DNA of 64,000 nucleotides from Pseudomonadota bacterium. Lineage in GTDB: Bacteria; Pseudomonadota; Alphaproteobacteria; Sphingomonadales; Sphingomonadaceae. The position numbers and the translations under genes were made by a program. Positions 20,532 to 30,440 of this stretch are shown piece after piece. Positions within the stretch are counted from its first letter, which is position 1, and each line of letters opens with the position of its first letter. Location: assembly GCA_041175465.1 (NCBI GenBank), contig JBEDEX010000002.1, positions 36,405 to 100,404 of the forward strand, written 5' to 3'. The notes below the pieces were generated by a model. The model made no database searches. It had not been told where the DNA came from and worked only from the letters and a program-made list of their open reading frames with translations.

Positions 20532-21503
20532 ATGGCACTTCCGGCAATTTTCGATAATCTTCGGCTTCCAGTGATCGGCTCACCGCTGTTCATCGTGTCG
20601 GGACCGGAACTGGTCATCGCGCAGTGTAAGGCGGGTGTAGTTGGGTCGTTTCCGGCACTCAATGCGCGTCCTGCCAGCCAGTTGGACGAATGGCTGCATC
20701 AGATTACCGAAGAACTCGCGGCCCATAATCGCGATAACCCTGACCGCCCCGCAGCACCTTATGCGGTGAACCAGATTGTCCATAAGTCGAATAACCGACT
20801 GCAAGAGGACCTCGCGGTATGTGCCAAATGGCAGGTGCCGATTACCATTACCTCGCTCGGTGCGCAGGAAGAGCTCAACCAAGCTGTACATAGCTGGGGT
20901 GGAATTGCATTCCATGACGTCATCAACGACCGCTTCGCGCATAAGGCGATTGAGAAGGGCGCCGATGGCCTCATTCCCGTTGCTGCTGGTGCTGGTGGCC
21001 ATGCAGGCGTCACGTCGCCTTTCGCGTTGATGCGCGAAATCCGTGAATGGTTTGACGGGCCAGTCGCTCTGTCTGGTTCTATCGCGCATGGTGCGTCGGT
21101 TCTCGCGGCGCAAGCCATGGGCGCAGACTTCGGTTATATCGGCAGCGCGTTCATCGCGACCAAGGAAGCGAACGCGGTAGATGGTTACAAAGACAACATC
21201 GTTGAGGCGAAGGCCGCCGACATTGTCTATTCTGACCTCTTTACGGGCGTCAGCGGAAACTATCTGCGTCAGTCGATTGAGCGGGCAGGGATGGACCCGA
21301 ACAACCTACCAAAGGGCGATATTTCGACCATGAACTTCGGCTCTGGCGGCAATAGCGAAGCCAAAGCGTGGAAAGACATTTGGGGTTCAGGTCAAGGCAT
21401 TGGCGCGATCAAAGAAGTCCAAACCGTGGCGCAATTTGTGGACCAGCTTGAGGCGGAATATCGCGCAGCGAAAGCCAGCCTTGATGCGCGTTATTTGGGG
21501 TAA
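20532..21503 (+). CDS. Nitronate monooxygenase / 2-nitropropane dioxygenase family flavoprotein
   Basis: LPVIGSPLFIVS, AGVVGSFPALN, AGAGGHAG, LSGSIAHG, AWKDIWGSGQG. Confidence 0.9.
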   Translation: MALPAIFDNLRLPVIGSPLFIVSGPELVIAQCKAGVVGSFPALNARPASQLDEWLHQITEELAAHNRDNPDRPAAPYAVNQIVHKSNNRLQEDLAVCAKWQVPITITSLGAQEELNQAVHSWGGIAFHDVINDRFAHKAIEKGADGLIPVAAGAGGHAGVTSPFALMREIREWFDGPVALSGSIAHGASVLAAQAMGADFGYIGSAFIATKEANAVDGYKDNIVEAKAADIVYSDLFTGVSGNYLRQSIERAGMDPNNLPKGDISTMNFGSGGNSEAKAWKDIWGSGQGIGAIKEVQTVAQFVDQLEAEYRAAKASLDARYLG

Positions 21504-21531
21504 TAGCGCTTCGATAATTGAGCGCTCGGGC

Positions 21532-21560
21532 CATACCACCCGATCAAGTCGGGGGGTATG
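21532..21560. terminator. Hairpin between convergent nmo and yceI
   Basis: CATACCACCCGA-TCAAG-TCGGGGGGTATG. The minus-strand loop CTTGA resembles the loop of the CGTC repeats. Confidence 0.55.
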
Positions 21561-21579
21561 TTCTTGATGCCCTAAAGCT

Positions 21580-22209
21580 TTAGCCGGCCTTTTCAAACGC
21601 GACGCTGATGTCCAAAGTCACGTCATCCGAAATCATCGGAACGGCATAGCTAATGCCAAATGCGCTGCGCTTGATGACCGACGTTGCATGAAAGCCGACG
21701 GTGGCTTTCTTGTTGAACGGATTATTGCCGGCGCCTGAAAATGTGGCGTCCAGAACGACTGGCTTAGTGACACCGTTCAGCGTGAGGTCGCCCGTGATTT
21801 TGGCGGTTGTGCCCTTTGCAACGACGCTGGTTGAAACAAACTTGGCATCGGCTGGGGCAGGGCCGAAAAAGTCGGCCTTGCCGACGTCTTTGCCAGCGCG
21901 CAGCAAATGGCCCGTCAGGCCAGCACTGGCCGTCGTCACCTTGCCGACAGGAATAGTGATATCCACCTTGGCTGCATTCGGATTGGCCGGATCAAGTATC
22001 AGCGTTCCTGTCGCATCGCCAAAAATGCCGAAATAATCGTTGAAGCCAAAATGGCTTACGCGCCAGCCGATGAGTGTATGGCCGGGGTCGGTGTTGTAGG
22101 TTCCAGCAGTAACGCGGGCAACGTCCATCGTTCCGGGCATTTGCGGTGCGCTCTGCGCAATCAAGGGGACGGCAAATAAGAGAGGAATGGCACATAAAAG
22201 CTTACGCAT
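21580..22209 (-). CDS. YceI family periplasmic lipid/polyisoprenoid-binding protein
   Basis: Signal peptide MRKLLCAIPLLFAVPLIA, TDPGHT, GDLTLNGVTKPV, VIKRSAFGI. Start ATG 22209. Confidence 0.92.
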   Translation of the reverse strand: MRKLLCAIPLLFAVPLIAQSAPQMPGTMDVARVTAGTYNTDPGHTLIGWRVSHFGFNDYFGIFGDATGTLILDPANPNAAKVDITIPVGKVTTASAGLTGHLLRAGKDVGKADFFGPAPADAKFVSTSVVAKGTTAKITGDLTLNGVTKPVVLDATFSGAGNNPFNKKATVGFHATSVIKRSAFGISYAVPMISDDVTLDISVAFEKAG

Positions 22210-22227
22210 AAGTCTGCTCCAGATAGC

Positions 22228-22260
22228 AAAAAGGGGAGGCATCAGTGTCGATGCCTCCCC
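22228..22260 (-). terminator. Intrinsic terminator of ilvC
   Basis: GGGGAGGCATC/GATGCCTCCCC 11-bp stem followed by TTTTT on the minus strand. Confidence 0.85.
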
Positions 22261-22287
22261 CACATGAGTCAAGCTAGGAAAAAGCGA

Positions 22288-23424
<1,137 letters not shown>

Positions 23425-23433
23425 ATATCGTAA

Positions 23434-23949
23434 TTAACTGACCCCTGCACCCCGCATCAGGCCAACAATTCCGGTCCGGCCAACTTCGACCAGGCCAACT
23501 TCGCGCATCAACGTTACAAAAGTATCGATTTTGTCAGGGCCACCTGTAATTTCAAAAATGAAGCTGTTGACGGTGGCATCGATGACGCGTGCGCGGTAGA
23601 TGTCGGCAAGGCGCATCGCCTCAACGCGTTGATCGCCCGTCCCGTTGACTTTGACCAAGGCAAGTTCCCGCTCCACATGGGGACCAGCCTCGGTGAGGTC
23701 CGTGACTTTGTGGACGGGAATGAGCCGTTCGCATTGCGCTATAATCTGGTCGATCACAGGCGGCGGGCCTTTGGTGACGATTGTTATCCGGCTGGTTGTA
23801 TGATCTTCGCTGATATCGGCAACGGTAAGACTATCGATATTGTAACCGCGCGACGTGAACATGCCGGCGATGCGGGCCAGCGTGCCCGCTTCATTATCGA
23901 CGGTGAGGGTTAGCACGTGCCGTTCGGTAAGTTCTTGCTTGATATGCAT
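23434..23949 (-). CDS. ilvN: Acetolactate synthase small (regulatory) subunit
   Basis: VDNEAGTLARIAGMFTSRGYNIDSLTV, VERELALVKV, VGRTG. Confidence 0.96.
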   Translation of the reverse strand: MHIKQELTERHVLTLTVDNEAGTLARIAGMFTSRGYNIDSLTVADISEDHTTSRITIVTKGPPPVIDQIIAQCERLIPVHKVTDLTEAGPHVERELALVKVNGTGDQRVEAMRLADIYRARVIDATVNSFIFEITGGPDKIDTFVTLMREVGLVEVGRTGIVGLMRGAGVS

Positions 23950-25691
23950 TATACGAGCGCCTTTGCTTCGTCATCCATAGTGCCCGATACTTGATCTGCA
24001 TTCAGAATCATGTCTGTATGGGCTGCGCCTGATGGTATCATCGGGAAACAGTTTGACGTTTTATGCACACGGCAATCGAACATGACTGGCCCGTCATACG
24101 CCAACATTTCGGCGATGGCATCATCGAGCTTGGCAGGGTCATCGCAACGAATGCCTTTCCAACCATAAGCTTCGGCAAGCGCGACAAAATCGGGCAGGCT
24201 ATCCGAATAGCTTTCGGAATAGCGGCTTTCATAGGTCAGTTCTTGCCACTGGCGGACCATCCCCATCCATTCATTGTTGAGGATGAAAACCTTTACCGGC
24301 AAACGATATTGCGATGCCGTTGCCATCTCTTGAATGTTCATCTGGATGGATGCTTCACCGGCGATGTCGATGACAAGCGCGTCTGGATTACCCAATTGCG
24401 CGCCGATTGCTGCAGGCAGGCCATAACCCATGGTGCCCAATCCGCCGCTGGTCAGCCATTTGTTTGGTGCATCAAAGTGAAAATGCTGTGCCGCCCACAT
24501 TTGATGCTGGCCAACCTCAGTCGAGATAATTGGCGCTTTGTCCTTGGTGGCTTCGAACAGGCGTTCAATCGCATATTGCGGCATGATTTCCTGCGTGCTG
24601 CCGGGGTAACTTAGACAGTCAACAGCGCGCCATCCAGCGATGCGTGTCCACCAATCGTCCATCGGCTGTTTTTTGTATTTCCGGCCTTTCCAGACATCGA
24701 TCATCTGGCGCATGGCCGTGCCAACATCCGCAACGATTGGCAGGTCAACGCGCACCGTCTTGTTCATCGAGCTACGGTCGATATCGACATGGATTTTTAC
24801 GCTGCCGGGCGAAAATGCGTCCAAGCGACCCGTAACACGGTCGTCAAAGCGCGCGCCCAAGCAGACCATGACGTCGCATTGGTTCATGGCCATATTGGCT
24901 TCATATGTGCCGTGCATGCCGAGCATACCCAACCAAGCATCGCCGGAAGCGGGATAGGCGCCAAGGCCCATCAACGTTGATGTTACCGGCGCTCCAGTCA
25001 GCTCAGCCAATTCACGCAGCGCATCGCTGGCGGCAGGGCCCGAATTGATAATGCCGCCGCCGGTGTAGAAAATAGGTGCCTTGGCATTGGCAATCAATTC
25101 CACCGCGCGGTTGATGTCGGCATAGTCGGCCTCACCCGCATAAGTGAAGCGCGAACGGGCAGGGCGCTTCACATCGGTACTCGCCGTTGCGACCTGCACA
25201 TTTTTGGGAATGTCGATGACAACCGGGCCGGGGCGTCCTTTAGTAGCGATGGAAAAAGCTTCCCGCACAATCGTTGCGAGTTCGGCGGGGTCCTTGACCA
25301 GATAATTATGCTTGGAACAATGGCGGGTAATTCCGACGGTATCGGCCTCTTGAAAGGCATCGGAACCGATCAAATTGGTCGCGACCTGACCGGTCAGGAC
25401 GATCAACGGTATGGAATCCATAAATGCGTCCGCAATACCGGTAACGGCATTGGTGGCACCAGGGCCAGACGTGACCAGTACAACACCGGCCTTACCCGTT
25501 GCGCGGGCATAGCCCTCCGCCGCATGCGCAGCGCCAGCCTCATGCCGTACGAGAACATGTTTAATTTTTTTCTGCTGAAATAAAGCATCGTAAATGGGCA
25601 ATACTGCGCCACCTGGATAACCGAATACGGTGTCCACGCCCTGTTCAACCAGGATATCAATCAAAATTTCTGCGCCGGATTTTTCGGGCAC
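23949..25691 (-). CDS. ilvB: Acetolactate synthase large subunit
   Basis: FGYPGGAVLPIYD, RHEAGA, TSGPGATN, GMHG, TSGGLGTMGYGLPAAIG, NNEWMGMVRQWQ. GTG start. Confidence 0.97.
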   Translation of the reverse strand: MPEKSGAEILIDILVEQGVDTVFGYPGGAVLPIYDALFQQKKIKHVLVRHEAGAAHAAEGYARATGKAGVVLVTSGPGATNAVTGIADAFMDSIPLIVLTGQVATNLIGSDAFQEADTVGITRHCSKHNYLVKDPAELATIVREAFSIATKGRPGPVVIDIPKNVQVATASTDVKRPARSRFTYAGEADYADINRAVELIANAKAPIFYTGGGIINSGPAASDALRELAELTGAPVTSTLMGLGAYPASGDAWLGMLGMHGTYEANMAMNQCDVMVCLGARFDDRVTGRLDAFSPGSVKIHVDIDRSSMNKTVRVDLPIVADVGTAMRQMIDVWKGRKYKKQPMDDWWTRIAGWRAVDCLSYPGSTQEIMPQYAIERLFEATKDKAPIISTEVGQHQMWAAQHFHFDAPNKWLTSGGLGTMGYGLPAAIGAQLGNPDALVIDIAGEASIQMNIQEMATASQYRLPVKVFILNNEWMGMVRQWQELTYESRYSESYSDSLPDFVALAEAYGWKGIRCDDPAKLDDAIAEMLAYDGPVMFDCRVHKTSNCFPMIPSGAAHTDMILNADQVSGTMDDEAKALV

Positions 25692-25757
25692 TGGACAGTC
25701 CTTATGTGTTAAGCAGCTTTCCTATGTTGCACTGCAATAGGGGAAGCAAGAGCGGGC

Positions 25758-25786
25758 TAGCTAATGATTAGAAAATGACTTGTCAA
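25758..25786 (-). promoter_or_regulatory. Putative sigma70 promoter of ilvBNC
   Basis: Minus strand TTGACA-N17-TAGCTA, just after the miaA stop. Confidence 0.55.
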
Positions 25787-25792
25787 ATACAT

Positions 25793-26719
25793 TCATTGAA
25801 ATATTATTTCAAAATTACTTAAATTTAAGTCATTTATTATTGAGGTTGCGCGCTGCCAATCCTCTGGGCCTTGATTGCGAAACCAGGTAAACTGCCGCTT
25901 TGCATATTGCCGCGTAGCAATCTGTCCGCGTTCAATCGCTTCGGTCCGCGATATTGTACCTTTAAGATATGCCGAAATTTCAGGCACGCCGATGGCGCGC
26001 ATAACGGGTGCATCATGGGGCAAATTGCGGGCGAGCAAGGCCTCCACTTCACCAATTGCGCCTTGCTCCATCATCAATTCGAACCTTTTGTCGCAGCGGT
26101 CGTAAAGCCAATCGCGAGGAGGCAAGAGCAGCAAGGGACGCAAACGAATGTCCGCGGATATACCGCCAACCTTGGTAGCGCGCCATGCCAATATACTGCG
26201 CCCGGTGCTCTGCACGACCTCAAGAGCGCGAGTGATGCGGCTTACATCCGTTGGGGCTAAGGTTTCAGCAACGGGCGCGTCATATATTTGAAGCGCGGCA
26301 AAGGCCTGATCAACCGGCATCGCACGTATTGTCGCGCGCAATATAGGATCCACTTCTGGAATAGGAGCAATGCCGTCCAGCAAGGTACGGATATAAAGGC
26401 CGCTGCCACCTACCAATATCGGCGTATTGCCTGCCTTATGGGCCCGTGCAATGGCGTCCTTCGCATCTTTTGCCCAGCGCGCAGCAGAGCAGGGGGTGAC
26501 GCCGTCGATATAGCCAAAAAGATGATGCGGTGCGCAGCTTTGTTCATCGGTGGTGGGCTGAGCGCTCAATATCGGCAAATCAGAATAAACTTGCGCGCTA
26601 TCGGCGTTGATTATCTCGAAATTGCCGGATCGGGCCAGATGCAGCGCTAATGCCGTCTTGCCGCTTGCTGTCGGACCCGCAATAAGCGCGACCATATTTT
26701 GAGGATTCGATATGCCCAT
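25793..26719 (-). CDS. miaA: tRNA dimethylallyltransferase
   Basis: IAGPTASGKT P-loop, IINADSAQVY, LVGGSGLY, TRQYAKRQFTWFR. Start at 26719 (alternative 26695). Confidence 0.96.
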   Translation of the reverse strand: MGISNPQNMVALIAGPTASGKTALALHLARSGNFEIINADSAQVYSDLPILSAQPTTDEQSCAPHHLFGYIDGVTPCSAARWAKDAKDAIARAHKAGNTPILVGGSGLYIRTLLDGIAPIPEVDPILRATIRAMPVDQAFAALQIYDAPVAETLAPTDVSRITRALEVVQSTGRSILAWRATKVGGISADIRLRPLLLLPPRDWLYDRCDKRFELMMEQGAIGEVEALLARNLPHDAPVMRAIGVPEISAYLKGTISRTEAIERGQIATRQYAKRQFTWFRNQGPEDWQRATSIINDLNLSNFEIIFQ

Positions 26720-27602
26720 TTGCACTCTGATAGCAGCAGATAGTCTGGAAAGCGGCAACTTTTCCGAGGCAAAGGATAGATTGGCCGAAGCTAGCTGCAT
26801 CCCAAAGGCTTTTGACTGGCTCGCAGAAGGCAAAGCCGCCGACATATTGTTTGAAGGCGACCTATCCGATGCGCGCTCGGCCCTCGCGGGTCTTGAGGAT
26901 CGTTTTGATATAGCCATCCAGCATGAGGGAAACCGTCGCAAAATGTTGTTGGTGTCCGATATGGACAGCACCATGATTACGGTCGAATGCATTGACGAAT
27001 TGGCGGACTATGCCGGTATTAAGCCAGAGATTGCCGCGATTACCGAGCGCGCAATGGACGGTGAGCTTGATTTTGCCGAGGCTTTAAAGGCGCGGGTCGC
27101 TTTGCTGGCGGGACTAGACGAAAATGTCATTGCGGAGTGCCTGCGCGAACGCGTGCAGCCAATGCCAGGGGCCGAGATCCTCTTGTGTACGATGACCGGA
27201 TGGGGCGCGCATGCAGTTCTTGTATCAGGCGGATTTACGAGCTTTACAGGCCCTGTGGCTAATAGGTTGGGCTTTCATGAGGTGCATGCCAATGTTCTGG
27301 AAATTAAAGATGGGCGGCTGACCGGCGCACTGGCTGCCGATATCGTCGATGCGTCTACTAAGCAGGCAGTCCTGCAATCTGCCGCGGAAATGCGTGGGAT
27401 CGATTTGGCTACTACGCTAGCTGTTGGTGATGGCGCGAATGACTTGCCCATGATTGCCGCTGCGGTGTCCGGCGGGGGCCTTGGTGTGGGCTATCATCCG
27501 CGTCCGCAATTGGCGCAAGCCGCGAATTTTTCCGTGCGGCACAATGATCTGACGGCGTTGTTATTTGCCCAAGGCGTTAAGCCCAGCGAATGGGCGGAGT
27601 GA
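26712..27602 (+). CDS. serB: Phosphoserine phosphatase
   Basis: HAD motif DMDSTMITVECIDELA, AMDGELDFAEAL, LVSGGF, AVGDGANDLPM. GAGGA SD at 26701. Confidence 0.96.
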   Translation: MPICTLIAADSLESGNFSEAKDRLAEASCIPKAFDWLAEGKAADILFEGDLSDARSALAGLEDRFDIAIQHEGNRRKMLLVSDMDSTMITVECIDELADYAGIKPEIAAITERAMDGELDFAEALKARVALLAGLDENVIAECLRERVQPMPGAEILLCTMTGWGAHAVLVSGGFTSFTGPVANRLGFHEVHANVLEIKDGRLTGALAADIVDASTKQAVLQSAAEMRGIDLATTLAVGDGANDLPMIAAAVSGGGLGVGYHPRPQLAQAANFSVRHNDLTALLFAQGVKPSEWAE

Positions 27603-27675
27603 ATATAGGAAACAAATTGAGCGCCGCTCGGTTGATGTTATGTTGCATGCGACCACCCAGATTCAGGAGAAGAAT

Positions 27676-28215
27676 ATGCTTAAGTTTCTGCCGATTTTTA
27701 TCATTCCGATCCTCGCCAGCTGCTCGACCCTGCAATCTACAAAAGTAAATGAAGCATCCGAAGTCATCACGGCGGATCTTGCCCGTGCCGATGGCAGCTG
27801 GGTCGGCGTTGCAGCCATATCGCAGCGGCGCGATGGTGTGTTTTTGAAGCTGTCAGCGCAAGCGCCGGCTGCTGGGACATATGGCATGCATCTACATGCT
27901 GTTGGCAAATGCCAAGCACCCGATTTTACCAGCGCGGGGCCGCACTGGAACCCCGATATGAAGCAGCATGGTCACGACAACCCCATGGGCGCGCATGATG
28001 GCGATTTGCCCAATGTGAATGCGGGCGCTGATATGAAAATAACGCTGGAGTATAAATTGAAGGATATAACGCTATCAGGACCCAACGGTTTGTTGGATGC
28101 CGATGGCGGTGCTATCGTCATTCACGAGAAAGCCGATGATTATAGGACCGATCCAAGCGGCAACAGCGGCAAGCGGATTATCTGCGGCGTATTTAAAAAC
28201 GGCAATAGGAACTAA
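27676..28215 (+). CDS. sodC: Cu/Zn superoxide dismutase, lipoprotein
   Basis: Lipobox LASC. Metal ligands MHLH, GPHWNP..QHG..AHDGDLPN, IVIHE, GNSGKRIICG. AGGAG SD. Confidence 0.95.
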   Translation: MLKFLPIFIIPILASCSTLQSTKVNEASEVITADLARADGSWVGVAAISQRRDGVFLKLSAQAPAAGTYGMHLHAVGKCQAPDFTSAGPHWNPDMKQHGHDNPMGAHDGDLPNVNAGADMKITLEYKLKDITLSGPNGLLDADGGAIVIHEKADDYRTDPSGNSGKRIICGVFKNGNRN

Positions 28216-28217
28216 GT

Positions 28218-28844
28218 TTAAACCTTATCAGCGTATAAAAGACATCCTGGGGCCACGCGCTCCAGGATCACGCTGATGTCATCTTTCGCAAAGGCAAAGC
28301 AGCCTTGGCTGCGGCCAATTTTGCCTTGGTCCTGAATGAGCGACTGGTTCACATACCAAGCAGGGTGAATGACAATCGCGCGTGCCTCGGCTTGGTCATT
28401 TTGCGGATCAAGGCCAATTAGCCGACGAGATTCGCCATATTGACCGATATACGTATCCCCAACAAGGTAACTACCAGCGGACGTCGCCTCAGACCCATGC
28501 ACGTTGGAAAAATGTTGCACCCAACCGCTATGGCTTGGATCTGAACCCTTGCCATGGGCGACGAGGAACATGTCGGATTTTCCACTGCGCAGATCGACAA
28601 TGTAAAAGCGCGGGTCGCGCGATGGCTTCGAATAGTCAGCTATGGCAAGCAGATCATGGTTGCGTATGCGCGCCTTATGCCCCGCCAAAGCGGCTTTTGC
28701 GCGTTCAAGCAATAATGGCGATGGGCCGCCCGTTTCGGCGCCCGTGCCCGGCCGAAAGACGATGTCAGCTGCCTTTGACGGAACTGTAAGCAAGCTTGCG
28801 CCTAAAACCGCCGAATGGATGAATTGCCTGCGTCCTATGTTCAT
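28218..28844 (-). CDS. Murein L,D-transpeptidase catalytic-domain family protein, Tat-exported
   Basis: Twin-Arg signal GRRQFI, VAHGKGSD, AIVIHPAWYV, GRSQGCFA (His...Cys). Start ATG 28844. Confidence 0.85.
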   Translation of the reverse strand: MNIGRRQFIHSAVLGASLLTVPSKAADIVFRPGTGAETGGPSPLLLERAKAALAGHKARIRNHDLLAIADYSKPSRDPRFYIVDLRSGKSDMFLVAHGKGSDPSHSGWVQHFSNVHGSEATSAGSYLVGDTYIGQYGESRRLIGLDPQNDQAEARAIVIHPAWYVNQSLIQDQGKIGRSQGCFAFAKDDISVILERVAPGCLLYADKV

Positions 28845-29061
28845 GAGAATAAGATAGGAGGCAACTCTGTCGATAAATAGAGCCCAAAAGGCATTTGAGC
28901 GCAAAAGCAGGACGTTTAAACGCATCATGTCGGAACTTAGGGGGCGCAGGCTAATTATATACGACTGCGGGAAAATTGACGTCGAATTTTCATATATATG
29001 ATGATATGCCCATTGAGATGCTGTTTTGTGCAGCACAATATCGGATAGTTAGGGCAATTTC

Positions 29062-29862
29062 ATGGGTTTCGGCGCGGGTATCCGCATATTGCAGGGCATA
29101 ATCGCGCTTTTGTTGATGCCTGCCATGCCGGCCTTGGCTAGAACACAAATATTGGAACAGGCGCCGCCTGCATCTGTCGAGCAAGGGCCTTTGTCTGAAG
29201 CGGCGCCAGTGCCGGCACCTACAGTTACGTCACCCGTTGCTCCGCCGCCTGCGGCAAATCCACCTGCCGCAAAACCCCCGATTGCAAGCTCCGTGTCAAA
29301 GCCTCGCGCAAAAGGGCCCGTTGATGCGCTGAAGCCTGGAGAGTTTCGCTGGGCAAAGCAGGACGTATACACAGGGCCGATGAAAATCGTCATCGTGCTG
29401 GATATTCAGCGCATTTATGTGTTTCAGAACGATAAGTTGATTGGCTTCAGTACCATTTCGTCGGGGAAAAAGGGCAAAGAGACGCCCACGGGCATTTTCA
29501 ACATTTTGCAGAAAAATGTCGACCATAAATCAAATCTATACAGTAATGCGCCGATGCCATTTATGCAGCGCCTGACGTGGGATGGGATTGCCATTCATGG
29601 CGGTTATTTGCCGGGATATCCCGCGTCGCATGGGTGTATCCGCTTGCCCCTTAGCTTTGCCAAGACGTTGTTTGGTGTAACGCAAATGGGTCAGGAGGTC
29701 GTCGTTCTTCAAGATACGTCAACGCCTGTTAAGCGGCCAGCGCCGCAACCGGCCACAGAAGCTGCGCCGGGAGAAGTCGATGGGACCGCTGAGCCTGCGC
29801 CGTCTTCGCCAGTTACCGCACCAATGCCGGTAGACTCATCGTCGCCTGAGCCGTCCCTTTAA
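29062..29862 (+). CDS. L,D-transpeptidase (YkuD family) with Pro-rich termini
   Basis: ISSGKKGKETPTGIF, APMPFMQRLTWDGIAIHGG...PASHGCIRL. Signal peptide. Confidence 0.92.
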   Translation: MGFGAGIRILQGIIALLLMPAMPALARTQILEQAPPASVEQGPLSEAAPVPAPTVTSPVAPPPAANPPAAKPPIASSVSKPRAKGPVDALKPGEFRWAKQDVYTGPMKIVIVLDIQRIYVFQNDKLIGFSTISSGKKGKETPTGIFNILQKNVDHKSNLYSNAPMPFMQRLTWDGIAIHGGYLPGYPASHGCIRLPLSFAKTLFGVTQMGQEVVVLQDTSTPVKRPAPQPATEAAPGEVDGTAEPAPSSPVTAPMPVDSSSPEPSL

Positions 29863-29897
29863 CCTGCTATATTCCTACTGTAGCCGTAACTTCCCCA

Positions 29898-29926
29898 ATT
29901 GACGTTTACGCTAACGTAAACTAGTG
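29898..29926 (+). promoter_or_regulatory. liuR promoter with a LiuR-type operator in the spacer
   Basis: ATTGAC-[GTTTACG-CTAA-CGTAAA]-CTAGTG. Palindrome GTTTACG-N4-CGTAAAC at 29904-29921. Confidence 0.8.
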
Positions 29927-29955
29927 ACGTTAGGGCAACCAAGAGGGAAGGCGCT

Positions 29956-30408
29956 ATGGAATCTGTAACGCGCGACGAAAGGCGGGCCGATGCGACTATC
30001 GACACGCCTGACGCATATAATCGGGATTCGTTCACGATATCCGACCTGTCAGTCGAATTTGAGGTAACGGCGCGGGCATTGCGCTTTTATGAGGATCAAG
30101 GCCTGATTTCGCCGGAACGTATGGGTTTGGCGCGTATTTATTCAAAGCGCGACCGAGCGCGCTTGGCGTGGATATTGCGGGCAAAACGCGTTGGTTTCAG
30201 TCTCGCGGAAATCCGCGAGATGATTGATCTGTATGACCTGAATGACGGTCGGAATATTCAGCGCCGCGTGACCATTGAAAAATGTCGCGATCGTATCAAT
30301 CTCTTGAAGTCTCAGCGCGACGACATTGAAAGCGCGATTAAAGAGCTGACCGAATTTGTTTCAACGGTGGAACAGGTCGAAGCCGCAGAAAAATCTGCCG
30401 CGGCGTAA
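29956..30408 (+). CDS. liuR: MerR-family regulator, LiuR-like
   Basis: [49 protein letters not shown]. Adjacent palindrome and downstream acyl-CoA dehydrogenase. Confidence 0.8.
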   Translation: MESVTRDERRADATIDTPDAYNRDSFTISDLSVEFEVTARALRFYEDQGLISPERMGLARIYSKRDRARLAWILRAKRVGFSLAEIREMIDLYDLNDGRNIQRRVTIEKCRDRINLLKSQRDDIESAIKELTEFVSTVEQVEAAEKSAAA

Positions 30409-30440
30409 CGCCCTATTCACTGCTATCTAAAGGACCGAAA

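Noticed and set aside
21621-21643. CGTCATCCGA-AATCA-TCGGA hairpin resembling the CGTC repeat
   Set aside because: It lies inside yceI, encodes ordinary family-like residues (VPMISDDV), and lacks the AACTTG loop, so it is probably coincidence.
25692-25793. Possible ilvB leader-peptide attenuator
   Set aside because: The only short ORF (MNVFDKSFSNH) lies across the putative promoter and lacks Ile/Leu/Val runs. There is just one imperfect hairpin, at 25717-25746.
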